A DNA stretch of 64,000 bases, from NCBI GenBank assembly GCA_000708835.1, contig DF237064.1, positions 124,001 through 188,000 on the forward strand, written 5' to 3'. The DNA comes from Klebsormidium nitens. Its lineage: Eukaryota > Plantae > Klebsormidiophyceae. The position numbers were made by a program, and so were the translations under genes. The notes beneath the pieces were generated by a model that searched no databases, was not told where the DNA came from, and saw nothing but the letters and a program-made list of their open reading frames with translations. Shown in pieces: positions 49,384 to 61,300 of the stretch. Position 1 is the stretch's first letter. Every line of letters begins with the position of its first letter.

Positions 49384-52300
49384 TCACCTCCTTGACGGCA
49401 CTTTCTTTTTCTCCTTTGCTTTCAGCGCCGCCTTGGCGAGCTCCTCCTCCTCCGCTTGCTGCTCCTTTTCTAGCCGCTCTAGTTCCGTCAGCACCGGCCG
49501 CAACTCCTCGTAGCGCGCCTCCGCCAGCTCGAAGCCGTCCCTGCGCACACGAAAAACATACATCAGGGATTGAGAAAAGCAAAGGCGAGAGCGAAAGAGG
49601 TGCAATTATCTTTACCCTCGATGGAACACCGGCAAGTGCGTCCCGTTTGCTTTCGCCTCCTTTGCGACCACTGTTTTGAGAACGAGCGCGCTTGGGTTGT
49701 CGATGTGCCAAGGGGGGCGCATAAGGGCGGAGAAGCCCCAGCGGAACAGAGCGCAAGTAGTTCAGAGTGTGCACGTTTTCCGAGCTTCTAGGCCTTCACC
49801 TCAAAGAGAAGCTTTAGGCCTATCATTACCAGGGGCGGTGCTGTTTCCAGCGGATGACAGCCATCGTACAACTTTGCACCTTCTACGACTTCGAAATAGC
49901 AACAAAGATACTTTACTCCGTGGTGGCAAACATGCCACGCTGACCAGAAAAGATGTGCGCCAATGACCTGTCAATTGCAGTGTGGATTTCAAAGTGTCCA
50001 CGATATTCTGGTTAATTTGTCTGAAGCTCCAGGTTATCACTCTAGCAAACAAATCAAAGAATTTTACATTAAGGCAATGGCATTCTTACCTTCGAAGCTC
50101 CTTGCCCGTATGGCTAGTGATCTCGTACGCTTGTATTTGCCAGTGCTTCCCTGTCCGCGCGAAGAACTCCCGAAGGCTTTCTCCTGCCTGCAAAGTCCGG
50201 GGGTAGGCAGTCGCAAGCGATACAGACCATTGACAAAAACTTCCGAGCGCCAACATTTCGAATCTCGAGGCCTTTGCGTTTGCTTCTGAGTTGACCGCAG
50301 AATATGCGTCCGAGCTCACGTTGTATTTACAACCTCTTGGTGCGCAATCTTTCACTCTCTGATCGGAAATCAATAGAATGGCGTTACATCGTTACTGTAA
50401 ACTGTAAAGTGTAAACTGTACAGATCCAACTGATGAGCTCCTGACAATATCGTCCCTGGATCAGTAGCCAGATTTATCTGAGAAAAGCACATTCCTAGGT
50501 CAGCGATTACAGTCATCGCTTCTTCTGTTTACTCCTACATACACAAGCAGCAATTGCGGACGGCTCCGCCTTACCAGCGGCGTCCGGTCCGCGTCCTGCA
50601 GTCCGAGCTCCGACCGCAGCCTGTCCCAGCTCGATCTTCCGCTGCTTCCGCAACATCTTTCCGGCCTCAATCGCGCTTAGCAGATGAACACAGATTTCGG
50701 ACGGCTCTGAACTTACCAGTGGCGTCCGGTCCGCGTCCTGCAGTCCGAGCTCCGACCGCAGCCTGTCCAGCTCAATCTTCCGCTGCTTCCGCGACATCTT
50801 CCCGGCCTCAATCGCGCGGAGCGCCGCAGCTGCTTCTTCTCCGGCCGTCAGGGGGGCGGGCTCCTCGCCTTCCTCCTCGCTCTCCTGCAGAATCGTTTGG
50901 CTGGCATTGGGATTTGACTTTCTAGAAACTGCTCTCCGTCGATGGAGGATTGGCTGCAAACAACTTTCTTTATTGACGTCGTGGAGGACTTCTTGGGGGC
51001 GAGTCATCGCGGCCTCACGGTTGACTCCTCAGCAGAACGCGCAATCCAGGGCTCTCGGGAAGGGAATGACGTCGACCGCCATCCTGCTGAGGACGCAGTG
51101 ATCAGGAGGGACGAGCGGAGCATAATGCCAACGTTGTGTACTCTGATTCCGACTCAAATCGATTGCAACCAGGCAACCGCGGCTTAACAAGTTAGCAAGT
51201 GCGTGTCACCCTTGTCGTCCCCGCGGGATGCCTCGATGCGTTAGCGACAACTCAAATTGCTCAGTCCACCAGCTTCTACACAATCAGTGTCTTAGCCATG
51301 CAAACTTTTTCTTTCAAGTGCCTTTTGAACCACCGCGACGACAAAAAGTCAACAGATCACAAAATGTTATGGGTTGCACCACAAGAACGTGCAGAATCTT
51401 TCCCTAGGCAATGGAACGCCGCCCCGGGCTTTGGGCACCTCTGACGCTCACCTCGTTGTCACTGCTCCCTTCCTCCTCCTCCTCTTCGTCATCGTCGCTC
51501 TCTTCCTCGTCTTCTACCTCGACCCAGTCCGTCTCCGTGGCCTGCACAAGACCAATTTCGAATTCTTACATTCTCTCAGACCGACTAGGGACGGCTTCGC
51601 AGAGCAGCGACAAAGTCGAGATCCTGAAGACTGCGTGCGTCGCTGTTCGTCAGGTTCTGCTAGTGAAGCATAACCCCCACGCTGTAACCAGGAGAGTTAC
51701 GCCGCAGCTTATGTTGCAGCGCAAGCTGCAAAGGCCCTGAGTAGCGACGTGCCATTAGCCTGTTCCCCGGCGTCTAATGGGTCTTTACCGCCAGCAAATA
51801 AATTGAACTGCTGCCAGCAACTAAGCAACAAACTCCTGCTATTTCGTTTCCCGGATGAAGATGATCAAGAAGCACCAACGTATCGACGTGAACACACCGA
51901 CGAGACTGCTTTTAACAGATTAGGCTGGCTTTGAGCAATAGGCGGCTCAGAAAACCACATGACTATCGTACGCTCTGCACTCCAGGCCGCATCCAGGCTT
52001 TGGGCTAAACCCCTGAGCCCTCGAAACGTGCACCGTACACTGACGGAGCAACAACAACCATAGCGCCCAGTACCTATTTTTCGGCCTGATCACATCCATG
52101 ATCGCCGCTGACGTCACCTCATATGCTGACGCCATCACGCCCACAAAGAAAGCGGAGCGCGCACCTCGATAAGTTGCGTCCAGCCGTCGAGCTTGGCGAG
52201 GTCTAGCGTCCACAAATCGTCCAGCGTGATCTCCTTGTCGCCAGCCTCCATGATGCCGCCGTACAGCAGCAGCATGTTGCCGCTCACAACTAGAGATGCG

Positions 52301-55300
52301 TTGATCCGCCCGCAAGGAACGGAAGGCTGCAAAGAAGGAGAGATGAGATCTGGTCACGGATCGACGGGTGCCTCGTCCAGGATTACAGGAGAAATCAGGA
52401 GATTTGGGATTATGAGCGAGCAGGGGGCCTCCATTACAAATACGAGAGAAGGTAAGGAGTACAGTAGGTGCCCAAGGGTTGAACAAGCGTCGATGCATGC
52501 GAATTAAGCTGGATGCAGTAGCATAGAATCAGTAACATTTGATACGTTCCCTCTTCTCTCTACTAACGTGGAGAAAGTAGAGGTGGCAACGCTGCACAAC
52601 TCTCAAGGACGACAGAGTAACGGCTCCATTGCAAGCACTACCTTTCCTGCAGTCTATCAACGGACACGCACAGAATACGCAAGGGAACACACTGAGTTCT
52701 GTGCCACCTGTGTTGAGAGTCTTGGCCGAATCTCCGCTGAGCAAGAAGAAAGTCAGAACCCTGCAAAGCTTGCTCGACGAGCTTCTTGCAGATAGCACCA
52801 AGGATTTGCGAAGTCGGAGAAACAGATGGACTCGTCAGATGCTCACCGCATCTTCGCTTTGCTCGGCTTGCTCCTTCGATCGACTCGGAGCCTCCTCCGC
52901 ACCTCCCTTCGCTTCTTCCGCCTCGAACCGCTCCTCTAGTTCCTCGTCCAACTCCCCTAGAATCGCATCCGCCGACAACTCCTCCCCTCCGCCAGCGTCC
53001 TCCGGCGCGTCTTTTTCGGTTTCGGGGGGATCCGTTTCACCCGCTTTCGGACCGCCTGGCCCGACTCGCCTCTCTACCTCCTCATCCATTTCGCCCACTA
53101 TGTCGTCCAAGTCAATCTTCCCCACCCCTTCCCCAGCGTCCGCCACGTGTGCGTCCTCATCGTCCGCCACCTGGGCCTCCCCGGTAAACTGCCGGTCCAT
53201 CTCCTCGATTAAACTTTGTCCCTCTTCCGAGTTTTCCGCCGCTGCTTCGCTGCCCCCCGCAGCGCTACTCTTCAGCCCCCCTCGCTTCTTCTTCTTCTTC
53301 TTCGCTTTACTCGACACAACCTCCTCGACTTCTTCGTCCATCTCTTCGACTACCTTTTCTGCGTCAAAGTCGTCCCCGCTTTCCGCATCGTCCTCCTCTA
53401 CCTCTTTCTGGGCTTGCACTTTGGCGACCGGCTTGGACTTTGTTCGGCCTTTAGGGGCCTTCGGTTTTCGCAACTCTAGAGGGAACCTGATGCAGAGGGA
53501 AGTTCCATATGCGATCGGCCTTCTTACTCGAGCTGGCACTTACGTTAGCAGCGAGCAAACATCATAACCTCGACTGAAACAACCAATCGCTTGTTAGATG
53601 ACTGACAAAAGAACGGAAAATACCCTTAGATTGGACAAGTCGTCGTTTACCTCGATTCAACAATCATTTCCACGAAACAATGAGAAGAAGTAGGAATCTG
53701 ATGCAGCCGGGTTCATGCACGTTAATGTTGTATGCGGCTTTAGTGAAGTCTACTGGGATTCTAATAGAAGAGGTCTGAGGATCTCCGTGAAGTACGAATT
53801 GCTTTTGGCGAAGTAAGGAAGGCCATCCCGCCCCGACTCAACCACTGCCGAGCCAAAGAATAAGCTCAGGAGTAAACGATAGCGCGTGCTCACCATCGCT
53901 TATTGTCCATCTGAAAGATGAACATCTCGTTCAGAAACGTGCTCTTGAGGTCGTCCTTCTCCTTGTCCTCCGCATCGACCACGCCGCCAAACATGACCGC
54001 CCGCTTCTTGTGCACGCACAGGGAGAAGCCTGCTCGAGGGCCGGGGGGGCTGCCCTGCTTCTTGACCTGCACAAAAACAATAGAAAGACGGTTTAAAATT
54101 ATTCCGAAGCTTGTAGCTCGCGATTCAGATGAGGATGTTCCATTCCCGGTTCAAAAACTCCGGAAGGAGGCATGCGTGCTGCGGCGAGGAGTATTTGCCG
54201 CAGCACGCAACAAGTGCAGCAGGCAACACACGGCAACGTCCGGCGCCTTCAAAAAGCCTATGGCATAGAGCGGATGCGCATTGGCAATCGCTGCCAGGAC
54301 GGGTCGTCATGGTCACACTACCTGTAAGGTTCCGCGTCGACCGAATTGGCTGAGCGCTCATCTCCGGTCGTGACGACCAATTAGAACGCTTCGATGGATC
54401 AAGTGGGAGAAAAAGTACAGACCTAGTACAGATTTTAGCTGGACCGGTACTATCCAAAGCTGTACGCGGACCGGAGATGCAAAGCTGGCGAGCCAAGCAG
54501 TTTTCGGTCGACGCGGAACCTAAGGCTCTACAAACCCTCGGAATCTTGTCGTGTGGACCATGCAGGCACCCGAATATTTGTCAAGATTGAAGACCAAGTC
54601 TATATTCTCGAAATGGAGCATAGCGGCTCTGACATTGGCAAAAACCATGTGGCGACCACAGAGACTTGCATAGGTCACCATCACGGCCCGAGGCGGTTTG
54701 AAGCGTGCAGATGCTCGCCAAAATCCTCTTCCAGAGGGCGAAAACACTCACTTTGTTGACACTGAGCAATGATTGCTGCGACCAGAAAGTTGCAGAGTTA
54801 GACAACCTTGAGACGGCAACTGACAATCGCGGCAATAAGCCGCCCTTTTCTCAGTTAAGGTCTGCCAAGGGGTCTTCCCGAAGATTTCAAAGAAGGACTC
54901 GAGGAACAAGCACAAGCGCAGCTTGGAAATACCAATCCTTCCACATCTAAAGACGATAAAAATGAAGGGACTTGCGACATATAGAAGATGAGGTCTCCAA
55001 CAAGAAAAAAAATGTGGCGGAAGAGGTGTGCCAAGAGAAGCTATCACTGACCCGGGAAAGTGTCCACAAAAGGCGAAGCTTTTCAATAAGAACACGACCA
55101 CCAAAGTCTTCCTTCTCAAATTCAAAGAAAAATTCCATCTCAACCTGTTGGCGTTCAAATGTTGATAAGATAAGTGTCAACACGAATACGTTGGGCTGAC
55201 GTCTCTGGCTTTCTATCATACTTAGCAAGATTCAGCGACGAGCGTTTGAGGTATGAACTCAAAACGAACTGCTCCGTCTCAGGTAGACCCAAACCAATCG

Positions 55301-58300
55301 AATGCACAGGAAGTAGCCGCTTCCGGGCAACTTATGCCGCATGATTTCAACACTTCGCACTTACGCACTTGACAAATTTTGTCCGGGAAAATGCGCCTCT
55401 TTCAACTTGCAAGACCAACTTGCAACTCATCGAACGGTGCAGCAACTTCGAATCGGATAGGATGAAGTGGTCGACGTTAGAGAGACTGCCAGCATGAACG
55501 CAAACAACAGACTTGGACCCTTTCACGCGGTGTCTTTCTGATGAGCATGACGATTGACCATCGATGATGTGACGGCGTACGCGCAACGGCCGCGCCGTGC
55601 CGCTACTGCTCCGGCCATCAGTGGAAGTAGGAAATAGGGAGGCCAGTCCATTCTGAAGCGTACTCCTAGGAACGTCATCTGGGGCGTCAGAAAAGTCTCT
55701 TCAATCCTGGCTTCTTTGGTGCCAGATGCTCGACATCACAACCCAAATCAGTAAGCTTCCTGAGGAGGGACTAATACCAAGGGTGCATGGACAACACCAA
55801 ACCTACGGTGATGGAGTTGGCCACCATGGATTAAGTAAGGCACGATGAAAACACAGTGCAGATTCTTTCACCAACCGTGGCCATCTGCTTGTGATGAGCA
55901 GAGCAAGTCTGGCCATGACCTCTTATAACTCTTCGACATACTGTCCATGCACTTGGAACCTTGTCTCAGTCCCTGTAAAGTGTTTGTTCTCTAGTAGGTC
56001 ACGCTCTTCCTCGCTATGGGTAGAAAATCACACTTTCAAAACTTAACGACCATCTCGAGTGCAACTAGTGGTGGCTTCAGTCTCAACTGCCTCGTCTAAC
56101 AGAGTGTGCCAGACACCTTCCTCAAGGCCACCAGGATTTGACCCGCTACTTTGAAAATTACAGAAAGAGGGCGGAACAACGACACTTTTAACACGGTCTT
56201 TGACACTTCCCAGACTGGCAGCGTCATGAAGCTGACGGCTTTGAATAGCTTGTTCTTGTGCGGCGCAAGCTTTCCCGGTCTATCCAGAGCGCTATGCTCG
56301 AGATTCACCGAGAGCTCATGGAGCTGCGCTTGTTGAAGAAGGAAAGCAACGGAAATCCCTCAGATGCTCGCGCCAACCAACAACCTCTCCCACGCGCACG
56401 TGATTGGAGTCACTTGTAGGAATTCATTGGGGGCCGAGGGGGCGTGTAAACCGATCTAGATACGGTTATTTTTGGTAGCAGGCCGATCGAAAAGCTGGCT
56501 CCGCCGCATGCAGAGAGAGAAACTTGCCATTGGTGCAAAGTGCTAGCACGTCACAGCCAGGCGGACCATACGTGGATTATGAGATGCTTACAAAGATCTA
56601 CAACGGAGGGTAGAAGGGGTTTGCATGACGACCGGAATACGCCCTCGGTGCGAAGTACGGACGTGCTCAACACAACGGTCCATTATGGAAGCAAGCTTCC
56701 AGGTTGTTTGCTTCCAGCAGAAAGTTCACAAGAATCAAGTTTCCAACTGATGAGGCCTCCTGATCGGAAACCAATACTATATTGAGCCAGAAGCTCACAG
56801 CAGACATCGTCATTGCCACAACGCCAACAGAAGTGCGTTGGCACAATAACCCTTGCGCTTATTGCACCAGACAACGAATACCAAAACAGCGCTACAACAG
56901 GGCGCTTCAAAACCCCGTTACTTTGATGATTGCAATCAGAAGACGATACAAAGAAACAATACGACGAAGACGGGGCTTCGAAGAAACTCATTGGAGCCGT
57001 GGCAATCCGCTGGGCGTCGTCAACTCACCAGCCGCAATGCAAGTAGGCTGTAAGCACAGACGTCCATCTTACAGAAGCAGTATAAGCACTTCAATTTTTG
57101 TAGAGACACGGTCGAACAAACCGTCACCAAAAGCACCGTCCCTCGTTCAAGCCCGGCGTACCCAGGCCCTCATCCGAGAATGGCCCGTAACAAACACAAA
57201 CAGAAATGGTGCGACACTTCTGCTCCTCCTGATTCCCTTCTTTTGACAATTGATTATTGAGTACGTTCTGCTCTGGCCCAGTGCTTTATTGCAGCAGCCA
57301 AGGCGCAGCAAATCAACCTCGTTTGCCTTTATCGCCGACAACACCGTTGACTTTCTGACTCACCTTGTCACAGTTGCAGGTCCGCAGTTGCAGGTCCGCA
57401 GGTGCAGCCACCACATGTTCGCGACAACATTGCCTCGGGTAATAACGGACTTCAATCGCTTAGCCCTCTCGGTGAAAACGAGATGCTCTTTCAGGTGAGC
57501 TACTTACTCGAACGGCGGAGCGGAGGACGTTAGTTGCCGTGCCCCCCGTCTTTGGTCGCTTTGTAGTTCTCGAACCCCTCAAACCCTACAAGCCTCAAAA
57601 CCTCTAAATCCAGAAGTCCAAACTAAGAGGCTCACCTTTCCCCACGTGCACGTCCGCGGGTCCAGGTACCACCTGGCTGCGAGCACGTTGCCCTTTGCCT
57701 CCCCCATCTTTGAACGCCTCATTAGTCTCGAACCACTTAAACCCTAAAAGCGTCACAAAATCTTAAAAACAAAAATCCAAACTAAGAGGCTCACCTTCTC
57801 CCAGGTGCAGGTCCGCGGGTCCAGCCACCACATGTCCGCGAGAACGTTCCCCTTGTCGTGTCCCCCGTCTTTGGTCATCTTGTAGCTTTCGAAGCCCTCA
57901 GACCCAATAAGCCTCAAAACCCCTGAAACCCAAAAGTCCAAACAAAGTGGCTCACCTTCTCCCAGTTGCACTTCTACGGGTCCAGGCACCACAAGAACGT
58001 TGCCCTTGTCGTAGCCCCCGTCTTTTGAGGTCTGAAATCCCTCAAACCCTGTAAGCCTCAAAATCCATCAACCCCGAAATCTATACAAAGTGGCTCACCT
58101 TCTCCCAAATAAAGGTCCGCGGGTCCAGGCACCAGATGTCCGCGAGCACGTTGCCCTTGTCGTCGCCTCCCCCGTCCTTGCTGGCCTTGTAGTCCTTGAA
58201 GTAGCCGCCGTACAGGAACACCTCGTCGCCATTCAACGCCATCTGCAGGAACGATCGCAGTGCTTGGTCAGTTGCAGTCACAGGGCTTCCAGTGACCTCG

Positions 58301-61300
58301 CTTGGCCACAGTTGTACAACTGTCTTGGACAAGAACAGACTCTCAGCATCAGCCTTCATAGACTTGACAACAAGCGGTGGACGGCCAGAGCGCTGAAAAA
58401 GGGACTTGTCACGTCCACAGTAGAGGCTTATGACAAACCCACGAGTGTTCAGCGTCAAGGAGACGGACAGAATCGTTCGGTTTTGAATCGAAACGAGCCA
58501 CGCAGCTTAGGCACGGAACCTTAGCATTTGTCAATACGATGGCGCAAGATTGTGTTCACCCTCCGTAAGGAATCGGCTAAGGGCACCTCTCGTCCAATCA
58601 TCCGGAACACGTATTTCAGCATCTCTTCCAGTCAACCAATAAAACTCGGACGACTCCGAATACCTCACGTGCTGGGCTCCAGGAACCCGTTCTTTGCTCA
58701 CTGCCTCTTCCAAACATTGCTTTTTAGGCCAACCAAGTAACTCAGCGAAACAGTCAGATATGATCGGGCGCAAATTTCCGAAACAATAAATCAGACAGCC
58801 GGGCGGTTGACCAGCAAGTACCGATCGAACTTAAGATTCCTAGGATGATTGATGGCGCCAAAGCGTGCAACCGGGGTGGGCTCTCGGTACCCACTTGGGC
58901 CTTTCACAGCCTTTCGCCATTCCCCACAACGACAGCAGCATTCAGCTGATGCCATTCGCATAACGGCAGATAAGTAGATCAAAACGTCGCCTGGTATATT
59001 GATGGCATCTGAGCCATTGTCGGGACCTTTGTTTTATGGCCTAACGGTTTCGTCACCATTCCGCATCTCTGTGTACTGGCTGGACGTTTCGAGAAGTCGG
59101 AATACAATGGTCAATGATGGCACTTTTAGCATGCTGACAGAACTGACGAGTGGCCTCAAACGACTTAACAAAGCATAGACAATCAGGCAGGCCGGCATAG
59201 CATCGCCCACATTCTGGTCGTCAGTCGTCACATAGTAAAGTAGACCAAGATAGGACATGATTTCGCAGGCAGATCTGGGATTTTGCAAGACCGGCATCAT
59301 CGAGATGCAAACGAATCCTTGGGCCGGGTTCCCACTCAAGCGGCTTGCATCCTCGCCGGCAATAAATTAAAGCTCCACAAAATCGCAGATGAAGGGCATG
59401 AAAACAAAACGAAATGCTCAACTTTGGGGCAGAAACCAGAGCGTAGCATCAGCCGAGGTGGTACTTAAGGAGAACAGACTGCAAGAATGAACAATCCAAG
59501 GTCTTCATAAGGTTTGCCCAAAAACAACACAGCTCCTGAACATGCGGTCGATGCCGCAATTTACGAACAGCACCGTTCCGGGACTATTGTTGCGAGATCA
59601 ACCAAAACAGGGCACAGAAGATTCTCCGCATGCTCACGTTGCTGCGGCCAGATCCAGATTGGTGGCAATCTCAGAATTGCAATAGAGCAGCACTAGGGCA
59701 GGCCCTCTGTCCGGAAACCGGAAGGACCCTTGTTCCTCTCTACATCACCGCTTGGAAAAGGCAGGAAGGCAGCATCCAAACGCTTGTACATCATTGAAAG
59801 CAGAAGGCATGCAAATCAACCGGAGAAACTGCTTGAAGTATACGCGAAGCCATTTCGCCGAGCTGAGAGTCAACTTCGAAGCCGAAACAAGAAGCGCCTT
59901 GGAAAGGCGTTCATACGACCTACTCACTAAGGAGGCGACATAGTTGAGGGCAAATAAGTGACACAAAACTGCCGCCTTGGACGTTTGCAGAACTGTCAAC
60001 ATGCGAGCGGATTGCAGCTTTTCAGAAGGCGGGGATCTTGTGAGCACGGTCAACTATTGGATCTCATACCGCGTCCGAAGGCTGGCCGCTTGATGGGCAC
60101 TAGCCGTCCAAATCTTCGCTCACCAATGCCTCCACAAGTTGCCTTTTACCAAACACGATCATACGCAAAGACGTCAGACACACGGAAATCACCTCCAAAC
60201 CCATTGCTTCGAAAGATTCCAGCGCACAAACAGCAGTTACGTCGGACGAACAATTCTCGTGACCAACCGTTGGCATCAATATGTTCGAGAGAACAGTACG
60301 ATGGGCTGCCAGGGCCCAGGCTGTTTTATTACGGCCTTTGGTAGACAGTCCAGCAAGGATGGCAACGGAGCAGCGCATGATCGTCAGACTGCAAAAGCGT
60401 CAAGTGCTAAGAGAACGTTTTGAGAGTTGTGTTTGACTGGATACCAACAACGACAAGGCTTAAATGGCATCAATATCGTTGAGCAAGCTAAGTGGGTCCT
60501 TGGCAACCCAATGATGACTCCTCATTGCCATCCAAGGGACCCTCAGTCACCAGAAAAGAAGCACAATTAGAAGTGCATGCTAGCTAGGACGGATGAAGTG
60601 CGCGACATCTAATTCTGTGAGCGCGACTAACGCCATGAAAGCTAAGGACACACTAATAGAGCAGATGTGGCTCAAAATCGCCTTCATGGGATCGCTCAGC
60701 AACAGGAGCACGACGCGCTAGTGCAGAAAAGCTGGGTAGTAGCGCAAAGCGTGGGGTCCTGTCATCTCCTTCCAACCAGCTTCCAGCCCAGGGTTTAGGC
60801 GATTGACGCGCTAGCGTTTTATTTCTATGCAGCCTCCGCAACTCTCAAGAGACTAGCAAGCGGTGCAGTACAAGCAATGCAAAAAGATTGGCAAGCTCCT
60901 GAACGTACGTTGCAAGTCCTTGCTGGCAGTGACCAGTAACTCCAACAACTGACCGCTCCAAGATACGGAAGCAACGAAAGGGGAGGCTTGTGAGAAGCGC
61001 AACCTCGGAAAAGTTTGGGTGGCATCCAGCGGAGGGAATCCGGCTGTGAGTCTTTCCCAAATATGCGTGGTCCGTCATTGCCAACATTTTTAAACGCGTC
61101 GTGAGAAACTGTATCTGATGGAAGCATTGGTCTTTGTTGTATGTGTTTGGTGCGGGTTGGCAAACCAGCGACGATTTGACACTACCACAATGCTTCGAGA
61201 GACGGGAGAACCAAATCGAGCATGCAACAACACGCAAGCTTTCAGTGCTCACCATTGATTTAGAAAGGCGAAAGACTCTGCAAGCACACCTTATCATTGG

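Noticed and set aside
52629-53567. 312-aa Ser-rich plus-strand ORF
   Set aside because: It is the antisense of the acidic KLHDC4 exon 53486-52847.
57350-58090. CRISPR-like or mutually-exclusive-exon array
   Set aside because: The context is eukaryotic and there are no constant repeats with unique spacers. The copies cover only the exon 3' half and most have indels or lack acceptors.
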